Positions 25,422 through 33,854 of a stretch of 64,000 nucleotides of DNA are shown one piece after another (within the stretch, counting starts at the first letter, position 1; each line of letters starts with the position of its first letter). The stretch is taken from IMG/VR virus record IMGVR_UViG_3300046675_000363; one strand, 5' to 3'. Below the pieces are notes generated by a model that worked only from the letters and a program-made list of their open reading frames with translations, was not told the origin of the DNA and searched no databases. The position numbers and the translations under genes are program-made. The DNA comes from an uncultured virus (IMG/VR IMGVR_UViG_3300046675_000363). Taxonomy: Duplodnaviria > Heunggongvirae > Uroviricota > Caudoviricetes.

Positions 25422-27046
25422 CCGCGCTCCAGAAGGTCGACCCCCAGGACGTCCTCGATCGCATCGACAAGGAATTTTGCGAGCGGTCCCTGCACGAGTT
25501 CGTCAAGCGGGCCTGGAAGGAGGTCGAGCCGGGCCAGCCGATGATCGACAACTGGCACCTTCCTTATATCTGCGAGCACCTGGAGGCGATCACCGACGGC
25601 GCTTCCGTCGATGGCAAGCCCTACAACCGTCTCCTTATTAATATCCCTCCAGGAGGGATGAAATCTCTCCTCCTCAACGTCTTTTGGCCAGCCTGGGAGT
25701 GGGGGCCGGCGGCGCTGCCCCATATGCGCTATCTCTGCGCGTCCCATAACATCGAATTGGTCGAGCGCGACAGCATTCGCATGCGCCGCCTGGTCACCAC
25801 CCAATGGTACCAGAAGCACTGGGGCAGTCTGGTGCAACTGACTGGCGACCAGAACTCCAAGACGGTGTTCGAAAACACCCGCTCCGGATGGCGCAGGGCG
25901 GTCGCGGCGGGCGCTGACACCGGCCACCGCGCCGACCGCGTCCTGATCGACGACGCTCTCAGCGTCAAGAACGCCAACTCCGACAGCACCCGCGAGAGCG
26001 TCAACCTGTGGTTCAGGGAGTCTGTCCCGACCCGCCTCAATTCGCCGCGCAAGTCCGCGATCGTCGTCATCATGCAGCGGCTGCACGAGGCCGATCTGTC
26101 CGGGATGATCCTCGACAAGAAGCTCGGCTACGATCACATCATGATCCCGATGCGCTACGATCCGGATCGCGCCCATCCCACCATGCTCGGCTTCACCGAC
26201 CCCCGCACCATCCCCGGCCAGCTTTATTTTCCCGCCCGCTTTCCCCTCGACGTGGTCGAACGCGAAGAGCGGATCATGGGGCCGTTCGCCACCGCCGGCC
26301 AGATGCAGCAGGCCCCGGTCCCGCGAGGAGGCGGCGTCATCAAGGACGCCGACTGGATCTTGTGGGACAAGCCGGAATTTCCCGCGCTCGACTTTATCGT
26401 CGCCTCGATCGACACCGCCTACGGCCTGAAGCAGGAGAACGACCCCAGCGCCATGACGGTGTGGGGGGTGTTTTCAGGCGACACCCGCAACGCCGCCACC
26501 CGCCTGGTGGATCGCTACGGCCATCCCAAGGAAATGCCGGAAGGAGCGCCCAACTCCAGCCTCAACGCCGCCCCGCGCGTCATTTTGATGTACGCCTGGA
26601 CCGAGCGCCTGTCCCTTTCCGATCTGGTGGCTAAAGTCGCCCTCCATTGCAAGAAGCTGAAGGTCGACCGGCTGCTGGTCGAGGCCAAGGCCAGCGGCAT
26701 CAGCGTCGCTCAGGAAATGCGCCGGCTCTATGGCCACGAGCCTTGGGCGGTTCATTTGATCAACCCTGGCAACCAGGACAAGCTGGCGCGTCTTTACAGC
26801 GTCCAGCCGCTGTTCGCGGAGGGCATGATTTACGCGCCAGACAAGGAATGGGCGGAAATGGTGATCAGGCAAGTGGCTTCCTTCCCCAAGGCGCTGCATG
26901 ACGACCTCACCGACACCACATCCCAGGCCATCCGGCACCTCCGCGACTGCGGCCTCCTCGTCAGATCCGACGAAAGGCTGGCGGAAATGAACGAAGAGGT
27001 GGAATATGGTCGTAATCGGCCCCTTGAACCGCTCTACCCTGGTTAA
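25418..27046 (+). CDS. terL: Terminase large subunit
   Basis: LLINIPPGGMKS, VLIDD, VVIMQRLHEAD, SIDTA, VEAKASG, FP..HDDLTD nuclease motifs. Confidence 0.97.
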   Translation: MTALQKVDPQDVLDRIDKEFCERSLHEFVKRAWKEVEPGQPMIDNWHLPYICEHLEAITDGASVDGKPYNRLLINIPPGGMKSLLLNVFWPAWEWGPAALPHMRYLCASHNIELVERDSIRMRRLVTTQWYQKHWGSLVQLTGDQNSKTVFENTRSGWRRAVAAGADTGHRADRVLIDDALSVKNANSDSTRESVNLWFRESVPTRLNSPRKSAIVVIMQRLHEADLSGMILDKKLGYDHIMIPMRYDPDRAHPTMLGFTDPRTIPGQLYFPARFPLDVVEREERIMGPFATAGQMQQAPVPRGGGVIKDADWILWDKPEFPALDFIVASIDTAYGLKQENDPSAMTVWGVFSGDTRNAATRLVDRYGHPKEMPEGAPNSSLNAAPRVILMYAWTERLSLSDLVAKVALHCKKLKVDRLLVEAKASGISVAQEMRRLYGHEPWAVHLINPGNQDKLARLYSVQPLFAEGMIYAPDKEWAEMVIRQVASFPKALHDDLTDTTSQAIRHLRDCGLLVRSDERLAEMNEEVEYGRNRPLEPLYPG

Positions 27047-27062
27047 CTATGGAGGAAAAGTC

Positions 27063-27218
27063 ATGTTTTTCCGCAATAACCCCACGTCCGTGACGGAGAA
27101 GGCTCCAAAAACAGCCGAAAAACCCGAAAAAGAGGCTGAAAAGCCCGAAAAACGTCGTGAAACCGTCCACGAAGTCGAAAAACACCCCCACCGCGACATG
27201 CATGAGAGCAAAAAATGA
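27063..27218 (+). CDS. Small charged protein
   Basis: GGAGG RBS; AEKPEK repeats. Confidence 0.55.
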   Translation: MFFRNNPTSVTEKAPKTAEKPEKEAEKPEKRRETVHEVEKHPHRDMHESKK

Positions 27219-27922
27219 CCAACGGACACATCAAACCGTCAATTCAGGCTGCTTTGGACGAGGCCCACCCCACCGGGCCGGTCCATCACCGCCCCAGCAT
27301 CGCCGGATCGCATAGAAAGCCCGGCGACGACAACCTTTTCGACCCTCAAGACCCCGAAATGCAGGGCATTCCGCTGGCCGGCGACTTTGGACACCCCCTC
27401 CAGACGCCTGAGCAGCGCCGAAATATGGAGGCGCTGCTGGACGACAACCCCACCGGCCCGCGTGATAACGAAGTCATAAAGGCGGCGAAAGACGCCATGA
27501 TCTACGGGACAGGCTTCGTTCAGATGCAAGGCGAGGACCGCATGCCCGGCGGCGACAAGCCAACGGAAATGGAATTGCTGCGTCGGCCTCCAGTCACCAG
27601 CGACCTCAAGCAATTCGAAAATTCCTACGGCACGGATTTTGGCACGGCCATCCTGCAAATGCGGGCCGGCTGCAAAGTCCAGCGCGAAGGATGGAACGGC
27701 AAGGATATGTGGATCGCTCTGTCGGGCGTGGAAGGCCCGCGCGAAGTCTACAGCGAAAAGCTGTGGTCAAAGCCGGCCCGCGATTACGCTCGCGCGCAGC
27801 CCGGCGGGACGGTCAAGGTGCTGCCTTGCTTCATCATGAAGACGGCGACCGGCGAAATCCTGATGGGCTGGCTGGCGAGCCAATCCGACATGCTGGCCCA
27901 GGATTGGAGGGTCGTGCCGTGA
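27215..27922 (+). CDS. DUF2829 / Tad2-like anti-defence sponge with long N-terminal extension
   Basis: C-terminal DFGTAI..G.KVQREGWNGKDMWI..MKTA.G..GWLASQSDMLAQDW. Confidence 0.85.
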   Translation: MTNGHIKPSIQAALDEAHPTGPVHHRPSIAGSHRKPGDDNLFDPQDPEMQGIPLAGDFGHPLQTPEQRRNMEALLDDNPTGPRDNEVIKAAKDAMIYGTGFVQMQGEDRMPGGDKPTEMELLRRPPVTSDLKQFENSYGTDFGTAILQMRAGCKVQREGWNGKDMWIALSGVEGPREVYSEKLWSKPARDYARAQPGGTVKVLPCFIMKTATGEILMGWLASQSDMLAQDWRVVP

Positions 27923-28040
27923 CACATTTGCGATTGGTTCGGCAACCATCCTACAAGGATGACAGCAAGAAAGAATTGAAGCGCAAGATCAGGATACTGA
28001 AGGCGGCGGCGAAGGTGCTGAAGAAGGAATTGAAGTCGCG

Positions 28041-28232
28041 ATGACCCCGTTCAAGCCCGAACCCATCAAAACGACCAAGCTATGGACCGGCGTCTGCCGC
28101 GACGGCCCGTGGAAAGGCCTGCCATTGACGGCGGGGTCGCGTTTCGTCTGCGCCCCCGACGGCAATGAATACTGCAACGACGGCGTCGGCCACTGGAATT
28201 GGGTCGAACTGCACCACGAGGGCAAGAAATGA
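28041..28232 (+). CDS. Small hypothetical protein (GxCxxGP...WxW domain)
   Basis: AAGGA RBS, ATGA coupling; paralog of the N-terminus of 28504. Confidence 0.7.
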   Translation: MTPFKPEPIKTTKLWTGVCRDGPWKGLPLTAGSRFVCAPDGNEYCNDGVGHWNWVELHHEGKK

Positions 28233-28507
28233 CCGACATTCCCGATAAAGTCGCCCCCATCACCGGCATGCCGATCACGATGGCGCAGACGTGCTGGTGC
28301 CCGTTCGTCAACGTCTCTCCCATAGCCGGCGCTGATCACATGACGACCAGTCGCGGCGTCAGGCTGCGCTACGGCGACACCGACGCCCAGATCACCCAGG
28401 CTTTCAATTGCATCACCACGCGCTGCATGTCGTGGATTGCCGACAGCGCCGCCCCCACTACCCACGGCACATGCCGATTGATCACCGGAGCAGGACTAAA
28501 AGCATGA
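28229..28507 (+). CDS. Small Cys-rich protein
   Basis: WCPF..NCI..CMSW..GTCRL. Confidence 0.75.
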   Translation: MTDIPDKVAPITGMPITMAQTCWCPFVNVSPIAGADHMTTSRGVRLRYGDTDAQITQAFNCITTRCMSWIADSAAPTTHGTCRLITGAGLKA

Positions 28508-28986
28508 GCGAAGTTTTGAACGGAATTTGCAGAGGCGGTCCGCTGAACGACCGGGGCCTGACCCACGACAGGCCTTTCAAGGTTTTGGTGGCCTCGAATA
28601 ACGATGGCCAGGCCGGCGCCTATCACTATGCCGGCAACAACGCCTGGCTTTGGCAGGCCGAAGGAGAAGAAGACCCAATGAGCAGAGCAGCCGAAGAGCA
28701 AATTGACATGCAAATCCGTGAAAACGGCAAGGTTGCGCCCCGGATTACGCCGGAAATCATCGACCAGCGCATCCGCCAGGTGAAATACTACAATTTTCCC
28801 GACACCACCGTCATGATCTGCGCCATCGAACTGATGAACGGATATCATGTCGTTGGCGAATCAGCCTGCGCCTCTCCAACCAATTACGACGCCGCCATTG
28901 GCCGGCGCATCGCTTATGATGACGCCCGCCGCAAGATTTGGTCATTGGAGGGCTACGTCCTCCGCAACGTGCTGAAGGGGCTATGA
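28504..28986 (+). CDS. N4 gp49 / Sf6 gp66 family protein (Acb4-like sponge) with fused N-terminal domain
   Basis: APRIT..I..TVMICAIEL.NGY.VVGESACASP.NYDAAIGRRIA..A..KIW.LEGY.L; internal AAGGAG RBS with ATG at 28678. Confidence 0.85.
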   Translation: MSEVLNGICRGGPLNDRGLTHDRPFKVLVASNNDGQAGAYHYAGNNAWLWQAEGEEDPMSRAAEEQIDMQIRENGKVAPRITPEIIDQRIRQVKYYNFPDTTVMICAIELMNGYHVVGESACASPTNYDAAIGRRIAYDDARRKIWSLEGYVLRNVLKGL

Positions 28987-29126
28987 CTGCGCTCGATATC
29001 GCCATTTCGGTCTTCATCCTGCTGCTCGTCGCCCGCCTCTCCTACAACAAGGGGCGGCGCGACGAGCGCGCCGCTCGACACGGGGATTACGAAGATGAGC
29101 TTCATGATGAAATGCACAGTCGATAA
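28983..29126 (+). CDS. Small membrane protein
   Basis: One TM segment followed by YNKGRRD. Confidence 0.55.
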   Translation: MTALDIAISVFILLLVARLSYNKGRRDERAARHGDYEDELHDEMHSR

Positions 29127-29310
29127 TCATCTGATGCCCGGCGGGCGACCGTCTCACCTGTTCGACGTCCATGTCGAGGGCGGCGAACCGCTGGTCAAGG
29201 CTGAATACACCATCATTGCCGACGACGAGGATGAAGCGGCTCGCGAGGGACTAAAGCGGTTCCAGAAGGCCTATGATCTGACGCCGCTGCCATACATTGG
29301 CGATATTTGA
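29104..29310 (+). CDS. Hypothetical protein
   Basis: FDVHVEG..YTI.A..EDEAAREGL.RF; immediately before portal. Confidence 0.7.
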   Translation: MMKCTVDNHLMPGGRPSHLFDVHVEGGEPLVKAEYTIIADDEDEAAREGLKRFQKAYDLTPLPYIGDI

Positions 29311-29354
29311 AATAGGCGTTATAGTCCCTTCTGCTTTTCCAGAGAGGACGCGCC

Positions 29355-31889
29355 ATGCCTTTGGTGCCGGGCTTGCCCCTGAACATCCGCCAGACCAACG
29401 GCGGCGCGCCGCCGGCTATCTCGCCGGGCCTTTCCATCAAGCATGATGTGCATAATCCGCCCGGCGTTCCCGAAATGGACGACGCCGGCGCCGTCATCAA
29501 GATCGAGCATCCCGACGGCAGCGTCACTGTCTCCCTCGATGGCCGGTCGCTGGTCGACAAACCGGAACAAAACGTCGGCTGGTTCGCCAATTTGGCCGAG
29601 AAGATCAAGGAAGACGATCTCAGCGCGATCGCTGACGACCTGCTGCGCGGCATTGATGAGGATCTGTCGAGCCGCAACGACTGGATCGAGGAGCGCGCCC
29701 AGGGCATCAAGCTGCTGGGCTTCAAGATCGAAATTCCCAATCTTCAAAGCGCCGCCGATGGCGCTCCGGTCGACGGCATGTCAAAAGTGCGGCATCCGCT
29801 GCTGCAGGAGGCCGTGCTCCGCTTCCAGGCCAACGCCCGCTCCGAAATGCTGCCGACCGACGGGCCGATCAAGATCCGCGACGACGGCAGCAACTCCAAC
29901 CTTCCTCGTGACGCACTGGCGACCGCCCTTGAAAAAGACCTCAATCACTACCTCACAGTCACCGCGACCGAATACTATCCCGACACCGACAAGATGTTCC
30001 TGCTGCTCGGATTTGGCGGGACAGCCTTCAAAAAGGTCTACAATTGTCCCTTACGGAACCGACCGGTCAGCGAATCCGTCGATGCTAATGACCTCATCGT
30101 CAACGACGCTGCGACTGATCTTGCGAACGCCAAGCGTGTTACCCATCGTTCCATGATGCGGCCTTCGACGGTCAAGCGCATGCAGATTATTGGCGCTTAC
30201 CGCGACGTCGATCTCGACACGCCCAAGCCGCAGAGCCTCGACGCGGCCCAGGAAGCAGCCAAAAACCAGCAAGGGATCCAGGCCACCACCACGAGGCCCG
30301 ACGACCGTGACCGCGAGATCTACGAGTGCTATTGCGAACTCGACCTCAAAGGCTATGAGCACAAATACAAGGGCAAGATCACCGGCCTCGAAATCCCCTA
30401 CCGGGTCACCATCGATCTCTCCAGCCGCAAAATCCTTTCAATCGTCCGCAACTACGATGAAGACACGAAGGAGCTTCCTGAAGCTCGCGAAACCTTCGTC
30501 AAATATATTTTCGTGCCAGGATTGGGATTCTACGACATTGGCCTGCTCCATATATTGGGGAACACTACCAACGCTGTTACTGCTGCTTGGCGTGAGCTTC
30601 TGGATGCTGGAATGTTTAATAACTTTCCCGGCTTTCTCATGGCTGACACGGGCGCGCGTCAGAACACCAACATCTTCCGCGTCCCGCCGGGCGGCGGCGT
30701 TCTCGTCAAGACGGGCGGTCTTCCCATCAGTCAGGCGATTATGCCGCTTCCTTACCAGCCGCCGTCTCAAGCTTTGATGGCGCTGGTGCAAGACATGGCG
30801 CAGACCGGCCAGCGCAGCGGCGGCACCGCCGAACTGCCCACCGGCGAAGGCAAGGCTGACATTCCCGTCGGCACCATCCTGGCGATGATCGAGCAGGCCC
30901 AGAAGGTGCTCAACAACGTCCACAAGCGCATGCACTCGGCTCAGTCGCAAGAATTTCGCCTGCTGATACGCTGCTTCAAGGAAAACCCCAAGGCGTTCTG
31001 GCAGCGCAACAAGAAGCCGTCCGCGCCATGGGACGAGCAGAATTTCCGCGCCGCGCTCGATCTGGCCGATCTGACCCCGCAGGCCGATCCGAACACCGCC
31101 AGCCATGGCCAGCGCGTGATGAAGATCATGGCGCTCAAGCAGTTGCAGCAGCAGAACCCCACCATGTACGACCCGATCGCGATCGACACGGCGGCGCTGC
31201 AGGCGCTGGGCTGGAACAATCCGCAGCAATTCATGGCGCCGCCGGCGGCCCAGGCTGCGCCTCCTCCGCAAATCGTCCAGCAGCAGGCCGAGACGGCGGC
31301 CAAGACCCTCACCGCGCAGGCGGCGATGGTCACCGCCCAGGCGAAAGCCAAGGAATCTGGCGCGCGCGCCATGAACCTGATGGCGGAAGCCCAGACCATG
31401 GGCATGGACGAAACCGGCCAGGTCCAGCAGGATACGCCGGTCGATCAGCACCGCGCCGAATCGGAGCGCATCAAGGCCAACGCGCATGCGCAGCAGGCCG
31501 ACACCCACCAGTCCGTCATGGGGGCCAAGGCCCAGGCTGACCTGCTGAACGCCCAGACCCGCCAGCAGGAAGTTCAGTTGAAACTGGGCGAAATGTCGAT
31601 GAAGGACGCCCACCACGACGACGAGCAGCGCCTCAAGACGAGGGCGGAAACGATCGACATGGCCAAGCAGGTCATGGACAGCCACGCCGAGAACGCGCGC
31701 ACCCAGGAGGAAATGCACCACGATCACGCCCTGATGGGCCGCGAGCAGGCGCATGAGCACGAGATTGTCGAAAAGACCCACGCGCACGAGAAGGAACTGG
31801 AGGGCGTGAAGAAGACGGCGGCGATCGCGGTCGCCAAGGCCAAACCCCGTCCGAAGCCAGCCGCCAAGCCGAAGGGTAAGAGCAAATGA
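29355..31889 (+). CDS. Portal protein (P22-like, long C-terminal barrel)
   Basis: Follows terL; HPLLQEAV.FQA.A, GTAFKKVY, FYDIGL; Gln/His-rich helical C-terminus. Confidence 0.92.
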   Translation: MPLVPGLPLNIRQTNGGAPPAISPGLSIKHDVHNPPGVPEMDDAGAVIKIEHPDGSVTVSLDGRSLVDKPEQNVGWFANLAEKIKEDDLSAIADDLLRGIDEDLSSRNDWIEERAQGIKLLGFKIEIPNLQSAADGAPVDGMSKVRHPLLQEAVLRFQANARSEMLPTDGPIKIRDDGSNSNLPRDALATALEKDLNHYLTVTATEYYPDTDKMFLLLGFGGTAFKKVYNCPLRNRPVSESVDANDLIVNDAATDLANAKRVTHRSMMRPSTVKRMQIIGAYRDVDLDTPKPQSLDAAQEAAKNQQGIQATTTRPDDRDREIYECYCELDLKGYEHKYKGKITGLEIPYRVTIDLSSRKILSIVRNYDEDTKELPEARETFVKYIFVPGLGFYDIGLLHILGNTTNAVTAAWRELLDAGMFNNFPGFLMADTGARQNTNIFRVPPGGGVLVKTGGLPISQAIMPLPYQPPSQALMALVQDMAQTGQRSGGTAELPTGEGKADIPVGTILAMIEQAQKVLNNVHKRMHSAQSQEFRLLIRCFKENPKAFWQRNKKPSAPWDEQNFRAALDLADLTPQADPNTASHGQRVMKIMALKQLQQQNPTMYDPIAIDTAALQALGWNNPQQFMAPPAAQAAPPPQIVQQQAETAAKTLTAQAAMVTAQAKAKESGARAMNLMAEAQTMGMDETGQVQQDTPVDQHRAESERIKANAHAQQADTHQSVMGAKAQADLLNAQTRQQEVQLKLGEMSMKDAHHDDEQRLKTRAETIDMAKQVMDSHAENARTQEEMHHDHALMGREQAHEHEIVEKTHAHEKELEGVKKTAAIAVAKAKPRPKPAAKPKGKSK

Positions 31890-33520
31890 ACAAGCCCATC
31901 CGCGCTGCGCTCCTGACGGCCAAGGCTCTTTATGACAAGCTGCCTCATGTCGTCGGCGGCGGCGCGCCGATGGCCAAAGGCGGCGTCGTCAAGGACATTC
32001 CCCAGATCATCATGCCTGGCGATCACCCGGCCCGCATCGACACCCGGCTGGCGACGGGCGCCAAGCCGCTCGATCTGGGGCCAGGGCCGCGCACCGTCAA
32101 CATGGCGGCGCTGCGCGCGACGCCGGCGCTGTTCGACAAGAACGTCGACATCCTGCGGCATTATCCGAATGTTTCGAAAGACGCGAGCAAGCTGTCGAAC
32201 CAGGATCTGTCCGAGCATTTCATCAAGCACGTCAAGGACAACCTGCTGTGGCTACACGACCAGGTGCCCGACGAAACTCGCCAGCGATCCAAGCTGTGGT
32301 ACGACGGCGCCAACAAGCTGGCCAAGGAGTGGGCCAAGAAATACGGCGTTTCGGAGGCGTCAGCCGCCGGCGCGCTGGCCGCGCTGTCGCCGCAGAAAGA
32401 CTGGTTTCAGAACGTGTCGCTGGCCGAGCGCGTGTTGCATGCGATGAAGGGGCGCGGCAATAACGCCTACCACGGCGAAACCTTCTCGCCTGAGATGGAG
32501 GGCACTTATCGCGGCCTGGACAAGCTGGCCACCGAGAAGAACGAGCCAATCTTCCAGGCGATTAGAGGCAAGTCGCTGGGCGAAATTGATCAAATGGGTC
32601 ACATCCCTCGCGACGAGCGCGCGGTCATGAAGGCGCTGTGGATCCGGATGCACGATCAGACCCATGGCGATCCCGGCTACAAGATCGCCACGCCTGAAGG
32701 CCACTTTGGCGAAATCGCCCGCAACGCCGACGGCTCGCCATCGCGGGCGGGCTGGGGTTCGCTGGGCGAGATCGGCAAGGCGGTGCAGGCGATCGAGAGC
32801 AACGGCGAGCCGACCTTCATGAACCGTCTGATGGGCGAGCGCCACAAGGTCCGCAATTTCTACAACAATATTCTCGACCCCAACTCGCAGCATGGCGACG
32901 TCACCATCGACACCCATGCGGTCGCCGCCGGCCTACTGCGCGCGCTGTCGGGCAATTCGCTTGAGGTGGCGCACAATTTCAGCAACTACGCCGGCAAGGG
33001 CGTTCCGGGCGCTGGCGGCTCCAACGCCACCGGCGTGAACGGAACCTATCCGCTCTATGCCGACGCCTATCGCCAAGCCGCCAAAGAGCGCGGTATACTG
33101 CCTCGCGAAATGCAATCGATTACGTGGGAGGCGATCAGGGGATTGTTTCCCGACACCTTCAAAACTGATAAAAACAACGCCCATATCGACAGCATCTGGA
33201 ACGACTACAAGCACGGAAGAAAAGGAATCGACGATGTCCGCAAAGAAATCCACGACTTCGCAGGGGGGATCCGGCCACCGGAGTGGCACGACACCTCTGG
33301 AGCGCCTGATGCACCGGTTCGGGGTGCCAGTGGACCGGGACTCGTACCTGGCCCTGGATCACGCGGGCCAGCCCCCCAAGGAATTATCGGCGGAACAGGA
33401 AATGGACCTCCCGGAGCACTTGCGCCGCAAGCACCCCGGCAGTCGGGGCTGATCTTGCCGCCCGGATACGCCTGTGGCGGCGCAGTCGCCAAAGCATTGG
33501 CCGCGACACGGTCGAATTAA
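31886..33520 (+). CDS. Virion-associated protein with HhH-GPD DNA-glycosylase-like domain
   Basis: WYD, AALSPQ..W..N, KVRNFY..VTIDTHA, Y..AY..AA...PREMQSITW; flanked by MAKGGVV and YACGGAV. Confidence 0.7.
   Translation: MNKPIRAALLTAKALYDKLPHVVGGGAPMAKGGVVKDIPQIIMPGDHPARIDTRLATGAKPLDLGPGPRTVNMAALRATPALFDKNVDILRHYPNVSKDASKLSNQDLSEHFIKHVKDNLLWLHDQVPDETRQRSKLWYDGANKLAKEWAKKYGVSEASAAGALAALSPQKDWFQNVSLAERVLHAMKGRGNNAYHGETFSPEMEGTYRGLDKLATEKNEPIFQAIRGKSLGEIDQMGHIPRDERAVMKALWIRMHDQTHGDPGYKIATPEGHFGEIARNADGSPSRAGWGSLGEIGKAVQAIESNGEPTFMNRLMGERHKVRNFYNNILDPNSQHGDVTIDTHAVAAGLLRALSGNSLEVAHNFSNYAGKGVPGAGGSNATGVNGTYPLYADAYRQAAKERGILPREMQSITWEAIRGLFPDTFKTDKNNAHIDSIWNDYKHGRKGIDDVRKEIHDFAGGIRPPEWHDTSGAPDAPVRGASGPGLVPGPGSRGPAPQGIIGGTGNGPPGALAPQAPRQSGLILPPGYACGGAVAKALAATRSN
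33234..33452 (+). CDS. Nested out-of-frame small protein (72 aa), candidate inhibitor/immunity protein
   Basis: AAAGGA RBS 7 nt before ATG; protein-like LERLMHRFGVPVDRDSYLAL..PPKELSAEQEMDLPEHL while the host frame is low-complexity Gly/Pro here. Confidence 0.65.
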   Translation: MSAKKSTTSQGGSGHRSGTTPLERLMHRFGVPVDRDSYLALDHAGQPPKELSAEQEMDLPEHLRRKHPGSRG

Positions 33521-33546
33521 CCTGATACGGTGATTTAGCTTGAAGG

Positions 33547-33810
33547 ATGACGCCGATGTGTTTCTCGCTCGCCTGGCTTGAGAACTTGCTCATTTGGGTC
33601 GTCATCGTCGGCGCTCTCATCGCCATCCTCCAACTTTTCGTGCCTTGGGTGCTGGCTCAAGTCGGGGATTTGGGCGGCGCTGTCGGCGTCGTCCTGCAGA
33701 TCGTCAAGATCATTGTCTGGGCGGTGATCGTCATCTTTGTCATCTATGTGGTCTTCGACCTCATCAGTTGCCTGCTGTCGTCAGGCTCGCTGAAGTTGCC
33801 CAAGCCATAA
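33547..33810 (+). CDS. Two-TM membrane protein (holin-like)
   Basis: Two long hydrophobic helices; exact start uncertain. Confidence 0.7.
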   Translation: MTPMCFSLAWLENLLIWVVIVGALIAILQLFVPWVLAQVGDLGGAVGVVLQIVKIIVWAVIVIFVIYVVFDLISCLLSSGSLKLPKP

Positions 33811-33854
33811 CCCCACGGCTCCGGTAAGCCGCAATCCGAGAAGGGAAAACCCTG

